A stretch of 64,000 nucleotides of DNA from an uncultured SAR86 cluster bacterium (GCA_902596165.1 CACJSU010000005.1:34607-98606), one strand, 5' to 3'; counted from the first letter of the stretch, positions 1 to 9,800 are shown. Notes: a model not told the origin generated them from the sequence alone. Numbers and translations: made by a program.

Positions 1-1
1 T

Positions 2-148
2 TTTCTAGAGAAAGAAAAAATTTCTCAGTCAGAAAAGGTAACTAAATTAAAAGCCTCAGGATCAATTTCTTGGGCAGACTTAGAAAATGATGCAAGAAGA
101 ATAGATATAATTGATAAATTAAACACAATAGAAAAATTAAAGTTATGA
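2..148 (+). CDS. 3' end of an upstream CDS (last 48 codons), product not recognisable
   Basis: Frame is open from the window edge (FLEKEKISQSEKVTKLKASGSISWADLENDARRIDIIDKLNTIEKLKL*). Its TGA overlaps the rraA ATG as ATGA (145-148). Absent from the ORF track because it has no start in the window. Confidence 0.4.
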   Translation, partial: FLEKEKISQSEKVTKLKASGSISWADLENDARRIDIIDKLNTIEKLKL

Positions 149-624
149 CCTCTTTGCCAGACTTGTCTGATCAACATTCCGAGCAAATTCAAATTGGCAA
201 ACTCGCATTGCAATCCTTTGGGAGCAGGCACTCAATTTCAGGAGAGATATATACAGTTTCTTGCTCAGATGATAACTCTGTTGTGAAAGAAGTTCTCTCT
301 CGAGAAGGAAAACATATGGTTTTGGTTATAGATGCTTCTGGTGTAACTCATGCCTCCATGATTGGAGACCAAATTGCAGAATCTGCAGTAAAAAATAATT
401 GGGCAGGGATTGTCGTTAATGGCTGCGTTAGAGACGTTGAGGAGCTGATGAATCTTCCTATAGGTATCTTTGCTAAAGGGGTGGTTGCCCAAAAAACAAA
501 TAAAAAAAACCATGGCTTTGAAGATGTGTTAATTTCATTTGGGAGTGTTGTTATGACTTCTGGGAAATGGATTTACATTGATCAAAACGGTTGGTTGGTT
601 GCTGATAATAAGCTAGAACTTTAA
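145..624 (+). CDS. rraA: RraA family protein (RNase E regulator / HMG-aldolase fold)
   Basis: 159 aa, collinear by eye with E. coli RraA: GKHMVLVIDASG vs GRVLVVDGGG, and AGIVVNGCVRDVEEL vs EGLVIYGAVRQVDDL. Confidence 0.85.
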   Translation: MTSLPDLSDQHSEQIQIGKLALQSFGSRHSISGEIYTVSCSDDNSVVKEVLSREGKHMVLVIDASGVTHASMIGDQIAESAVKNNWAGIVVNGCVRDVEELMNLPIGIFAKGVVAQKTNKKNHGFEDVLISFGSVVMTSGKWIYIDQNGWLVADNKLEL

Positions 625-1494
625 ATCTTTAATCGTTTGTTCTTTTTCTAACCAGATTGTATCAACGAATGTTTGGAAGCTTTTCCTGTAATCATCTTCT
701 TCTTCGAAAGATCTATTTTTAAGATTTTCAGGCAAAGCATATGTCTTGGCCACTACTTTTGCTTTGCTTAAGTCGCCGCAAAGGAAGTCCCATGTTGATC
801 TTTTTTCAGATGAATACATGACTGTAAAATCAACCAAAGTATTGACTTGAGGCATTCCTGATAATGCAATCGCAAGAGCTCCTACTTTTGGCTTTAGTAA
901 ATTAGAGTAGGGAGATTCCTGCGAAGAATGCTTTTCGGAAGTGAATCTAGTTCCCTCAGCAAAGCTAAATGCTGTAGAGGGATTTCTAGAAAATCTTTTA
1001 GCAGCTTTCTTTGCATTCTCATAATCAACTCTTTTTAATTCTGGATTTGCTTGAATTTGAGCCCTTGAATGTCTATTTAAGAATGGCATATCTACCGTTT
1101 TATGGACTAAATAAATAATTGGTATCCACTGCAACTCTTTTTTCATGAAGAATTTTAGTAGAGGCATTTTTTTGTATCCTGCAGCCAACAAAATAAATAT
1201 ATCAGCCCATGATTGGTGATTGCTCATAGCTATGTACCAAGTCTCGGTGTTCACATACTTGGGAATTTGGAAATCCCATTCAAGCTTATGCAATATTCTT
1301 AAAGCCGAGGTAATGCTAGCGACAGTCGCGCTCCCCATTTTATTTGAAAGGGAGCCTAAATAAATCTTCAACTTTTTATTAGGAATAATTCTAGGAATAT
1401 TTATGATTGATAGGGGCATTAACCATAAACTGAGAATAATTAAAATTGCAAAAAAGGTCAGGACACCTATAAAAAATCTTTTCAATTCACCCAT
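613..1494 (-). CDS. PlsC-family lysophospholipid/glycerolipid acyltransferase, membrane anchored
   Basis: 293 aa with an N-terminal TM helix (FFIGVLTFFAILIILSLWLM). Acyltransferase motifs NHQSWADIF (HX4D) and FAEGTR are present. Confidence 0.8.
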   Translation of the reverse strand: MGELKRFFIGVLTFFAILIILSLWLMPLSIINIPRIIPNKKLKIYLGSLSNKMGSATVASITSALRILHKLEWDFQIPKYVNTETWYIAMSNHQSWADIFILLAAGYKKMPLLKFFMKKELQWIPIIYLVHKTVDMPFLNRHSRAQIQANPELKRVDYENAKKAAKRFSRNPSTAFSFAEGTRFTSEKHSSQESPYSNLLKPKVGALAIALSGMPQVNTLVDFTVMYSSEKRSTWDFLCGDLSKAKVVAKTYALPENLKNRSFEEEDDYRKSFQTFVDTIWLEKEQTIKDLKF

Positions 1495-2266
1495 GCAACT
1501 TTATTCTAACCCAAAACTCTTCTAGCTCCTCAGGTGAAAGATTGTCTAGTTCTTTTTTATCTTTAGCAATCTCTTTTTCCATCAACCTAAAGCGCTTTAC
1601 AAATTTATGATTGGCTTGATTAATAGCTTCACTTGCATCGATTTCTAAGTGTCGACTTAAATTAACGATAGAAAACAATAAATCTCCTAATTCTTCTAGG
1701 CTATTTTCTTTGTTATTTTGCTGGATTTCATGTTTGAGCTCTTTTAACTCTTCTTCAACCTTTTCGATAACGTCAATGCTTTCTTTCCAGTCGAAACCTT
1801 TTTTGGCAGCTTTTTTTTGTATTTTTTTTGCTTTTAAGATTGGAGGAAGTGATGCAGGTATATCAGAAAAGGTTTTGTGTATATCCTTTTTATTTTTTTC
1901 TTGTGCTTTTATATCATCCCATGCTTGGGTTTGCTCTTCAGCTGAAAGAGGTTTTGAGGCTCCATCAAAGACGTGAGGATGTCTTCTAATTAATTTTTTA
2001 TTTAATGAATCAACTACCTCATCAAAGTCAAATAACTCTGACTCATTGGCTATCTCTGCTTGAAATATAACTTGAAGCAAAACATCTCCAAGCTCCTCTT
2101 TAAGATTTTCATAATCTTTGTTAGCGATGGCATCTGAGACCTCATAAGCTTCCTCTACAACGCAAGGGGACAGAGATTCAAGGGTTTGTTCGATATCCCA
2201 CGGGCATCCATTATCCTTGTCTCGAAGCATGCGCATTGTCTCGAGCAAGGTTTTGATTGAGGACAT
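1487..2266 (-). CDS. mazG: Nucleoside triphosphate pyrophosphohydrolase MazG
   Basis: 259 aa. Two MazG repeats with EEAYEV..EELGDVLLQV and EELGDLLFSIVNL. Length matches E. coli MazG. Confidence 0.9.
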   Translation of the reverse strand: MSSIKTLLETMRMLRDKDNGCPWDIEQTLESLSPCVVEEAYEVSDAIANKDYENLKEELGDVLLQVIFQAEIANESELFDFDEVVDSLNKKLIRRHPHVFDGASKPLSAEEQTQAWDDIKAQEKNKKDIHKTFSDIPASLPPILKAKKIQKKAAKKGFDWKESIDVIEKVEEELKELKHEIQQNNKENSLEELGDLLFSIVNLSRHLEIDASEAINQANHKFVKRFRLMEKEIAKDKKELDNLSPEELEEFWVRIKLHG

Positions 2267-3405
2267 CAGAAACCGCTTATATCTGCATACCTGGCTTGAT
2301 GAAATTCTGAGGTTCCAAAGATTTGTTCAGCCACTCGCGCTCTTTTAAGATAGAAACCGATATCATATTCGTCAGTTACACCTATTCCACCATGCATTTG
2401 GATTGCTTCATTGCTTACCAAATGGAGTGTTTCTCCAGCTTGAAACTTAGCAAGGCTTGCAAGTCTCTCTAGCTCATTTGAATTTTCATCTGCAGCATGC
2501 ATGGCAGCAATCACAGCTGATTTCGTTAATTCAATTTCGCAAAACATTTTTGCTGCTCTGTGTTGAAGCGCTTGAAATGACCCAATTTGAACACCAAATT
2601 GTTTTCTTTCTTTAAGGTAATTAACGGTGACCTCAAAAGCTTCTTCGGTGTTTCCTAACATCTCTGCTGAAATAGCAATTCGACCTAAATCAAGAATTTT
2701 CTCGAGGGTTTCACCAGCTAAGTCTTGCTCGCCCAATAAGGCATTTTGGTCTAATTTAAGATCAGACATCTCAATGTTTGCATAATTTCTAGAATCAGCA
2801 GTTGCGATCTTTGTTATATTTAACCCAGGGCTATCATTGTTTGCAGCAAATACCGAGATTCCATTTGATTCTCCTGATTTACCAGAAGTTCGTGCAACTA
2901 ATAAAACAGTATCAGCACTTGCACCATCCACAACAAATACTTTTTTTCCATTTAATACCCACTCATCTCCATCAAGAACCGCAGTGGCTTCAATGGCAAA
3001 AGGATCATGATGATTGCCTTCGTCAATTGCTAATGCGGTTGTAAGATCACCAGCTACTATTTTTGGTAGATAATTTTCTTTTTGCTCATCTGAGCCAAGC
3101 ATATTGATCGCTGAGACCCCAAGAACGGATGTCGATAATATGGGAGAGGGTGTAAGAGTTTTACCCAATTCCTGCATGATTACACTGATACCAGCCATCC
3201 CAAATTCTGAGCCACCAAATTTTTCAGGAACAAGAATCCCAGACCAGCCCAACTCGACCATTTCTTTCCATACTGACTCATCCCAGCATTGGCTATTTTC
3301 ACTATCTCGCATTTCTCGAAAATGTGTTACAGGCGTTTTATTTTTAGCAAAATTTTGAGCAGTATCTTTTAAAAACTGTTGTTCTTCTGTAAGTATTAAT
3401 TTCAT
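2266..3405 (-). CDS. Acyl-CoA dehydrogenase family protein (partner 2 of an adjacent pair)
   Basis: 379 aa with ACAD architecture. C-terminal GGIGVTDEYDIGFYLKRARVAEQIFGTSE resembles the ACAD signature, but Phe sits at the MCAD catalytic-Glu position. Confidence 0.88.
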   Translation of the reverse strand: MKLILTEEQQFLKDTAQNFAKNKTPVTHFREMRDSENSQCWDESVWKEMVELGWSGILVPEKFGGSEFGMAGISVIMQELGKTLTPSPILSTSVLGVSAINMLGSDEQKENYLPKIVAGDLTTALAIDEGNHHDPFAIEATAVLDGDEWVLNGKKVFVVDGASADTVLLVARTSGKSGESNGISVFAANNDSPGLNITKIATADSRNYANIEMSDLKLDQNALLGEQDLAGETLEKILDLGRIAISAEMLGNTEEAFEVTVNYLKERKQFGVQIGSFQALQHRAAKMFCEIELTKSAVIAAMHAADENSNELERLASLAKFQAGETLHLVSNEAIQMHGGIGVTDEYDIGFYLKRARVAEQIFGTSEFHQARYADISGF

Positions 3406-3412
3406 ATGTTGC

Positions 3413-4597
3413 TTAGTTGGGTAGATCTAGAACTCTTCTAGAAATAACATTGAGTTGAACTTCAGAAGTTCCCCCCTCAATTGAGTTAGCTTTAGTTCTC
3501 AGCCATGCTTTCGTTATGGCTTGCTCATCATCCGAAAAACCCTCGTTTGTCCAACCTAAGCCTTTATTACCCATTGCGGCAATCATTAGCTCATAGCGAT
3601 CTTTGTTATGTTCAGTACCGTAGTATTTGAACATTGATGATGCTGCTGAAGCCTTTGCACCTTCATCTCCAGAGCGCTGCAAGGTTAATCCAAATGCATG
3701 CTCTTTCATTTTGTGTAATGTAATATTTTCTCTGTGAGCTTGATTAGCTATTTGGCCATTAGTCTCACCTAAATATTTTTTAGCAATGTTTACAACATCT
3801 GCCCCAGAACCAGTCCCGCCTCCAGCAAGACCAAAATTGGAAATAAAGTTTCTTTCATGTTGCAAGAGCTTTTTTGCGATCGTCCAGCCAGAATTTTCTA
3901 CACCAACTAGATTTTCTTTTGGAGCTTTAACATTATCAAAAAAAGTTTCACAAAACGGTGACTTGCCACTGATAAGTGTGATTGGTTTGGTGCTAACTCC
4001 CTCAGTAGCCATATCAATAAGTAAAAAACTAATTCCATTATGTTTTGGCTCTTTTGGACCAGTTCTAACCAGGGCAAATATCCAATCTGCTTTATCAGCA
4101 TAGGAAGTCCAAACTTTTTGACCGTTAACTAAATAATGATCGCCCATATCCTCTGCCTTAGTAGAGAGACTAGCCAGATCAGATCCTGAACCAGGCTCGG
4201 AATAACCTTGGCACCACCTAATTTCGCCTTTGATGATTTTTGGAAGATGCTCTCTTTTTTGCTCTTCTGAACCAAATTCAATTATGCATGGTGCTAACAT
4301 CCATATACCAAAGCTATTTAACGCTGGTCTTGCTTTAATTCTATATAGCTCCTGATGAAGGACTTTGGTTTGATCTCTATCTAGACCTCCGCCACCATAT
4401 TCCTTTGGTAGATTGGGAGCAGTCCAACCTTTGTTTCCCATTCTCTCAAGCCACAATTTCGATTCAGGATTAACATATTCTGCATTTCTGCCGCCCCAAA
4501 CCTCTTCTTCAGGCACGAGCGGAGTCCTCATGGAAGGAGGACAGTTTTCCTCTAACCAATCCCTAACTTCTTGTCTAAAGTGTTCTAAATGTTCCAT
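3413..4597 (-). CDS. Acyl-CoA dehydrogenase family protein (partner 1 of an adjacent pair)
   Basis: 394 aa. Motifs WCQGYSEPGSGSDLASL and C-terminal SIEGGTSEVQLNVISRRVL are typical of FadE-type ACADs. Confidence 0.88.
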   Translation of the reverse strand: MEHLEHFRQEVRDWLEENCPPSMRTPLVPEEEVWGGRNAEYVNPESKLWLERMGNKGWTAPNLPKEYGGGGLDRDQTKVLHQELYRIKARPALNSFGIWMLAPCIIEFGSEEQKREHLPKIIKGEIRWCQGYSEPGSGSDLASLSTKAEDMGDHYLVNGQKVWTSYADKADWIFALVRTGPKEPKHNGISFLLIDMATEGVSTKPITLISGKSPFCETFFDNVKAPKENLVGVENSGWTIAKKLLQHERNFISNFGLAGGGTGSGADVVNIAKKYLGETNGQIANQAHRENITLHKMKEHAFGLTLQRSGDEGAKASAASSMFKYYGTEHNKDRYELMIAAMGNKGLGWTNEGFSDDEQAITKAWLRTKANSIEGGTSEVQLNVISRRVLDLPN

Positions 4598-4670
4598 ATT
4601 TTTGGTTGCTTGCGCTTATTTAAAGAGCAGTTATTATAATCAAGTAATCATTTTTTTGGTAATTTAAAAT

Positions 4671-5717
4671 ATGAAATCATACCAAGCTCCGGAGGCCGGA
4701 AAGCCACTTGTAGAAGTAGAGTCCCCAACACCTGAGCCAACTGGAAGTCAGGTAATTATTAAAACTATAGCTTGCGGAGTTTGCCATTCCGATGTTCACA
4801 TACACTCGGGTGCATTTGATTTAGGTGGCGGCAACGAATTACCTGTTCCTGTACCTAATCCATTCACATTAGGCCATGAAGTTTTTGGAGAAGTCGTAGC
4901 AGTGGGGCCAGAGGCAACTAACATTAATGTTGGAGATAAAAGGATTGTTTATCCATGGATTGGATGCAGTAATTGTGATGTTTGTGCTGATGGCGATGAA
5001 CATCTATGTAATACAGGCCCTGTTATTGGAGTCATGCAGCCTGGAGGTTTTGGAGATCATGTTGTAGTGCCAGATTCAAAATATTTACATGATGCAGGAG
5101 ATACGCCTGAACATTTAGCAGGCAGCTATGCCTGTTCAGGTCTAACAGCTTATAGCGCTCTTAAAAAAGGAGCTCCTTATAATTCCGATAATGATTTAAT
5201 TATCATTGGTGTTGGAGGTGTAGGCATGATGGGGTTACAGATTGCTAAGGCAGCATTCAACTGCAATCCAATCGTTGTAGATGTAGATGAAGAAAAGCTT
5301 AAATTAGCTCTTGAAAATGGTGCATCAGCTGCTATCAATCCCCTGGACGAGGATGCAATGATGAAAATTTTTGAAATCACTGGTGGCAATGCATCTGTTG
5401 CCATAGATTTTGTTGGTTCAGAACAGTCAACTGCATTTGGAACTAACCTTTTAAGAAAAGGGGGTAAGTATATTATCGTAGGGCTATATGGAGGCGAGTT
5501 AAAACTTCCTTTGCCTCTAATCCCAATCATGGAAAGAGGCGTGCAAGGTTCATACACTGGTAGTCCGGGTGATATGCATGAGTTGATGGAGCTTGTAAGA
5601 TCTGGAAAGGTGGATCCAATTCCTGTAGAAAAAAGACCGGCCTCTCAGGCAAATCAGACTTTGAAAGACCTCAAAAATGGCAAAATTCTAGGCAGGGCAG
5701 CCCTAATGCATGACTAA
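4671..5717 (+). CDS. Zinc-dependent alcohol dehydrogenase (MDR family)
   Basis: 348 aa. Catalytic zinc motif CGVCHSD..GHEVFGEV, structural zinc cluster CSNCDVCADGDEHLC, and Rossmann motif GVGGVG. Confidence 0.85.
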   Translation: MKSYQAPEAGKPLVEVESPTPEPTGSQVIIKTIACGVCHSDVHIHSGAFDLGGGNELPVPVPNPFTLGHEVFGEVVAVGPEATNINVGDKRIVYPWIGCSNCDVCADGDEHLCNTGPVIGVMQPGGFGDHVVVPDSKYLHDAGDTPEHLAGSYACSGLTAYSALKKGAPYNSDNDLIIIGVGGVGMMGLQIAKAAFNCNPIVVDVDEEKLKLALENGASAAINPLDEDAMMKIFEITGGNASVAIDFVGSEQSTAFGTNLLRKGGKYIIVGLYGGELKLPLPLIPIMERGVQGSYTGSPGDMHELMELVRSGKVDPIPVEKRPASQANQTLKDLKNGKILGRAALMHD

Positions 5718-6460
5718 AGCTCCTCAATTAGCTTGCTACATATGTTATGTAACTCATCATTAATTACTATGTCTGCACTTGAGTCATAACGGGTTTTTTC
5801 TCTGTTTAAGATAATAAGCCTTGACCCTGATTGCATTGCTAAATTAGGAAGCTTTCCTGCAGGCAGTACTTTTAAAGATGATCCCATAACAATCATTAAA
5901 TCGCTCTCCTTGACAATTTTTGAGGCATGCATCATATCGATTTCATTCATAGGCTGACCAAAAGAGATAGTGGCTACCTTCACAACGCCACCACAAACAG
6001 AGCATTTTGGTATTGGAATTTCAGATTTAATAGCATCGTGGAAATCTAAAATATTTTGTTTTGCTTCACATTCCAAGCATGCAGCCTCAATAGCGTTGCC
6101 ATGAATCTCTATGATTTTATTTTTACTGATCCCCGATTTTTGATGTAACCCATCAATGTTTTGAGTGATTAAAAAATTGTTTTCTTGCAATCTAATGATT
6201 CTTTCAACAAAAGCATGCCCTATGTTTGGCTTTATGTTTTTAAGAAGCGAATGAAGCTCAATATTTCTCTCCCATGATAACCTTTGCTTTTCTTCACTTA
6301 ACAAAAATTCATTGAATTGAATAGGTTTATTTTTAGTCCAAAAACCATTATTACTTCTAAAATCAGGTAGCCCAGATTCTGTGCTTATGCCAGCACCAGT
6401 TAAAATTACTGTTCGCTCACTAGCTTTTACTAGCTTAATAATTTCATTAAATGTATTCAC
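5714..6460 (-). CDS. cobB: NAD-dependent protein deacylase, Sir2 family
   Basis: 248 aa. Motifs GAGISTESGLPDFRS, TQNIDGLH, catalytic EIHGN, zinc ribbon CLECEAK..CSVCGG, and GSSL. Confidence 0.85.
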   Translation of the reverse strand: MNTFNEIIKLVKASERTVILTGAGISTESGLPDFRSNNGFWTKNKPIQFNEFLLSEEKQRLSWERNIELHSLLKNIKPNIGHAFVERIIRLQENNFLITQNIDGLHQKSGISKNKIIEIHGNAIEAACLECEAKQNILDFHDAIKSEIPIPKCSVCGGVVKVATISFGQPMNEIDMMHASKIVKESDLMIVMGSSLKVLPAGKLPNLAMQSGSRLIILNREKTRYDSSADIVINDELHNICSKLIEEL

Positions 6461-6502
6461 AAATTTGCTTTTAAATTGACTTCAGAGAGTATAATTGCTC
6501 GC

Positions 6503-7366
6503 ATGTTTAAAAATATAGGCATTGTTTCAAAAAAAAGCCTCTCATCAAGTGAATCTTCTATTGTAGGTGGGCTGCTTAGTGTTTTGATGAAAAACACTAA
6601 GACTATCTATTCAACTGATCAGATTGATTATGAAGGCGTAGAAATTGTCGATCTTAAAAAATTTAATAATTCTGTTGATTTAATAGTTGTATTTGGTGGT
6701 GATGGTACTTTATTAGGGGCGGCAAGAAAATTTATCGAAAATGAGATCCCAATCTTAGGAATTAATATGGGTGCTGTTGGTTTTCTAACCGATGTAAATA
6801 TTGAAAACTTTGAATCAGTCATCAATGATGTTTTCAAGGGCAACTATATTCTCGAAGAAAGAAGTTTAGTTGAAGCGCAATTCTCAGACCAGGAGGTTTT
6901 TGGTCTAAACGAAGTATTAATTCATTCAGGATCTTATGCTCAGCTTATGAGATATAGACTATTGATAGACGGTAAAACTGTATATGAACAACGATCAGAT
7001 GGATTAATTGTTGCTACTCCAACCGGGTCAACTGCATATGCATTATCTGCAGGAGGATCAATAGTTCATCCAGAATTAAATATTTGGAACATTATCCCAA
7101 TGATGTCACAGAGCCTCTCATCTAGGCCCTTAATAGTTTCGAATAAGAAATCTTTGGAAATTCAGCTTATCGAAGGGCCTTTAGAACATGCTATGGTCTG
7201 TGTAGACGGTCAAAAAGACATACCTGTTGAATATAATAAATCTATTTATATTTCTAAAAAGGATTCATCTTTAAAAATTATTCATCCATCAGATAATGAT
7301 TTCTATGAGGCCTGTAGAGAAAAACTTGGTTGGAGTTTAGATATTACCGCCAAGAAAAACCATTAA
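6503..7366 (+). CDS. nadK: NAD kinase
   Basis: Motifs GGDGTLL, NEVLI and TPTGSTAYALSAGG. I prefer ATG 6503 (MFKNIGIV aligns with E. coli HFKCIGIV) over the track's TTG at 6476. Confidence 0.9.
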   Translation: MFKNIGIVSKKSLSSSESSIVGGLLSVLMKNTKTIYSTDQIDYEGVEIVDLKKFNNSVDLIVVFGGDGTLLGAARKFIENEIPILGINMGAVGFLTDVNIENFESVINDVFKGNYILEERSLVEAQFSDQEVFGLNEVLIHSGSYAQLMRYRLLIDGKTVYEQRSDGLIVATPTGSTAYALSAGGSIVHPELNIWNIIPMMSQSLSSRPLIVSNKKSLEIQLIEGPLEHAMVCVDGQKDIPVEYNKSIYISKKDSSLKIIHPSDNDFYEACREKLGWSLDITAKKNH

Positions 7367-7971
7367 ATTTGAATACTAACTCTTCATACTTTTTTATTAT
7401 TGCGATTGCTGTATTTCTTAGCTTTATAACGAATTTTGGTTTTAGCAGTCTGCTTGAACCATTTCTTTTTCTAAAAACTAGTGGGTCAAATTTATACCCA
7501 TCATTTCAGAATACTTACATAGCTTCTCAAGAATGGTGGCGGCTCATCTCTCCAACTTTTCTTCATTTTTCACTTACTCACCTAATATTTAATTGTTTAT
7601 GGATTTATATACTGGGATCAAAAATTGAAATTATCGATGGGAAAGGAATCTTTTTAACTATATTTTTAATTTCAGGCTTGTCGAGCAATCTTGGGCAATA
7701 TTTCATATCTGGTGATTATCTTTTTGGGGGACTGAGTGGAGCTGTCTATGGTCTCTTGGGTTACTGTTTTATATTGGATTTAGACAATAGAGGTCTAAGA
7801 TATAATCTGCCTAACGCCTTATATATTTTTATGTTCATTTGGCTATTAATTGGCTTTACTGGATTATTAAAAATTTTTGGTTTTGGAAATGTTGCAAATA
7901 TCGCTCATTTGGTTGGTATGATAGCTGGGTTTATACTTGGCTTAATTGCTAAATATACTTTGAAGTTTTAG
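7330..7971 (+). CDS. Rhomboid family intramembrane serine protease
   Basis: Multi-TM protein with WWRLISPTFLHFSLTHLIFN, the catalytic GLSGAVYGLLG, and a later His (IAHLVGMIAG). No in-frame ATG near the 5' end. The start is TTG 7330 (37-nt overlap with nadK) or TTG 7369. Confidence 0.8.
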   Translation: MEFRYYRQEKPLNLNTNSSYFFIIAIAVFLSFITNFGFSSLLEPFLFLKTSGSNLYPSFQNTYIASQEWWRLISPTFLHFSLTHLIFNCLWIYILGSKIEIIDGKGIFLTIFLISGLSSNLGQYFISGDYLFGGLSGAVYGLLGYCFILDLDNRGLRYNLPNALYIFMFIWLLIGFTGLLKIFGFGNVANIAHLVGMIAGFILGLIAKYTLKF

Positions 7972-7975
7972 CCTA

Positions 7976-8806
7976 ATGAAAAAAATTACTAAAGCAGTAT
8001 TCCCTGTAGCAGGTCTCGGTACTCGTTTTTTACCTGCTACGAAAGCTATTCCAAAAGAAATGCTTCCAGTCATAGACAAGCCTTTAATTGAATATGCTGT
8101 TGAGGAAGTCGTTTTAGCTGGAATAGAGGAAATAATTTTTATCACAAGTCATACCAAACGGTCTATTCAAGATCATTTTGATAAAAATCTTGAGCTTGAG
8201 GAGAAGTTATTGAAGTCTGACAAAATAGATGCTTTGCAAAAAATCAATAGAAAGATTTTTCAAAATACTTCTTTCACATATGTAAGGCAAAAAACACAGA
8301 AAGGCTTGGGGCATGCAATTCTCCAAGCTAAACACTTAATACAAGATGAATCTTTTGCTATTGTGTTGGCGGATGATCTAATCATTAATGATCCTTCAGC
8401 AACTCAGCAATTAATAAATGTTGCGCTAAAAACAAATACATCTGTTGTAGGGTTGAATAAAGTTCCAAAAGAGCGTATTTCGAGGTATGGAGTAATTTCC
8501 TCAGCAGATATACCAAAGCAAGAAAAATTATTCCTCCTTGACGGAATAATTGAAAAACCTCAATCAAACCCTCCTTCTAATTTGGCTGTATTTGGCAGGT
8601 ATGTCTTATCTCACCACATCTTTGATTACTTGGAAAAGATAGACCCTGGAGTTGCTGGTGAGATTCAGCTTACTGATGCAATCAAGCTAATGTTAGGAGA
8701 TCATGATATATATGGGTATCTTTATGATGGCATAAAATTTGATTGCGGTTCTAAGGAAGGGTATGTTAAAGCAATTGCTCATCTGGCATCAGACATTCTT
8801 TCATAA
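7976..8806 (+). CDS. galU: UTP--glucose-1-phosphate uridylyltransferase
   Basis: 276 aa. N-terminal KAVFPVAGLGTRFLPATKAIPKEMLPV is the GalU signature. Confidence 0.92.
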   Translation: MKKITKAVFPVAGLGTRFLPATKAIPKEMLPVIDKPLIEYAVEEVVLAGIEEIIFITSHTKRSIQDHFDKNLELEEKLLKSDKIDALQKINRKIFQNTSFTYVRQKTQKGLGHAILQAKHLIQDESFAIVLADDLIINDPSATQQLINVALKTNTSVVGLNKVPKERISRYGVISSADIPKQEKLFLLDGIIEKPQSNPPSNLAVFGRYVLSHHIFDYLEKIDPGVAGEIQLTDAIKLMLGDHDIYGYLYDGIKFDCGSKEGYVKAIAHLASDILS

Positions 8807-9792
8807 TGAAAGTTTTATTAGCTATCTTATGGATTTTGCCTCCTGAAACAGCTCATTCAATTGCCCTAAACTCGCTAAAACTCTTGCATAAATTGAAATT
8901 AATTAATTTATTTTTTCCATTTAAATTTTCTAATTCTCCTTTTTATTTCAAGGGTTTAGAGTTTAAAAATAGGCTAGGCATTGCTGCTGGATTAGATAAA
9001 AATGGTGATTTTATAGATTCATTAGGAGCATTGGGCTTTGGTTTTATTGAAGTTGGAACTATTACACCTAAACCGCAATCTGGCAATTCAAAGCCAAGAG
9101 TATTTCGTTTTCCAGATCAGGAAGCAATTGTAAATAGGCTAGGTTTTAATAATAAAGGTGTTGATTATTTAGTAGAAAGGGCAAAAAGTAGAAAATATCC
9201 TGGAGTTTTAGGAATAAATATCGGAGCTAATAAAGATTCTAAAGGTCAAAAAAGGATAGATGATTATATTGAATGCTTTAAAAAGGTTTCACCTTTTGCT
9301 GATTATATTTCTGTAAACATTTCCTCGCCAAACACTCCTGGCTTGAGATCTCTTCATTCTAAAGAAAATTTTTTACCATTGTTTGAGGCAATTAAAAACG
9401 TCCGTGAATTAGAAAGATTTCATAATCCAATTTTTATTAAGCTATCCCCAGATGAAGAACAAGATATAATTTTTGAAATTACTGCAGCAATAAAAGATTT
9501 TAATTTTGATGGAGTAATTGCCTCTAACACAACTGTTGAAAAGAGCAATTTAATCGTTTCTACAGATGCTGACTATTCAGGAGGGCTATCTGGCAAACCT
9601 CTGCTAACAAAATCCAATGATCTTCTTAATTTAGTGCACTCAAATGAGCCTGAGTTATTGAAAATAGGAGTTGGTGGAGTTCACAACAAGGAAAGCTTTG
9701 ATGTCAAATTAAAAAACGGAGCTTCCTTGGTACAAATTTATACTAGCTTCATTTATCAGGGCCCAGAGATTATCAAAAAATTACTGAGCTAG
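8806..9792 (+). CDS. pyrD: Dihydroorotate dehydrogenase (quinone), class 2
   Basis: 328 aa. Motifs GIAAGLDKNGD, GFIEVGTITPKPQSGNSKPR and NISSPNTPGLR. Confidence 0.92.
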   Translation: MKVLLAILWILPPETAHSIALNSLKLLHKLKLINLFFPFKFSNSPFYFKGLEFKNRLGIAAGLDKNGDFIDSLGALGFGFIEVGTITPKPQSGNSKPRVFRFPDQEAIVNRLGFNNKGVDYLVERAKSRKYPGVLGINIGANKDSKGQKRIDDYIECFKKVSPFADYISVNISSPNTPGLRSLHSKENFLPLFEAIKNVRELERFHNPIFIKLSPDEEQDIIFEITAAIKDFNFDGVIASNTTVEKSNLIVSTDADYSGGLSGKPLLTKSNDLLNLVHSNEPELLKIGVGGVHNKESFDVKLKNGASLVQIYTSFIYQGPEIIKKLLS

Positions 9793-9800
9793 AAATTATA

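Noticed and set aside
25-231. 68-aa minus-strand ORF at the left edge.
   Set aside because: It overlaps the 3' end of an open plus-strand frame and the rraA start. It has no motif and no start context, and is most likely spurious.
1487-2266. MazG as part of a mazEF toxin-antitoxin or nucleotide-depletion defence locus.
   Set aside because: There are no mazE/mazF-like small ORFs adjacent. It is a full-length housekeeping-type tandem MazG overlapping its neighbouring metabolic genes.
5714-6460. Sir2-domain protein as a possible anti-phage NADase (Thoeris, DSR, or SIR2-HerA-like).
   Set aside because: It is a compact 248-aa canonical sirtuin with a zinc ribbon, catalytic His and all deacylase motifs. 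It has no fused sensor domain and no partner gene such as HerA, TIR or pAgo nearby.
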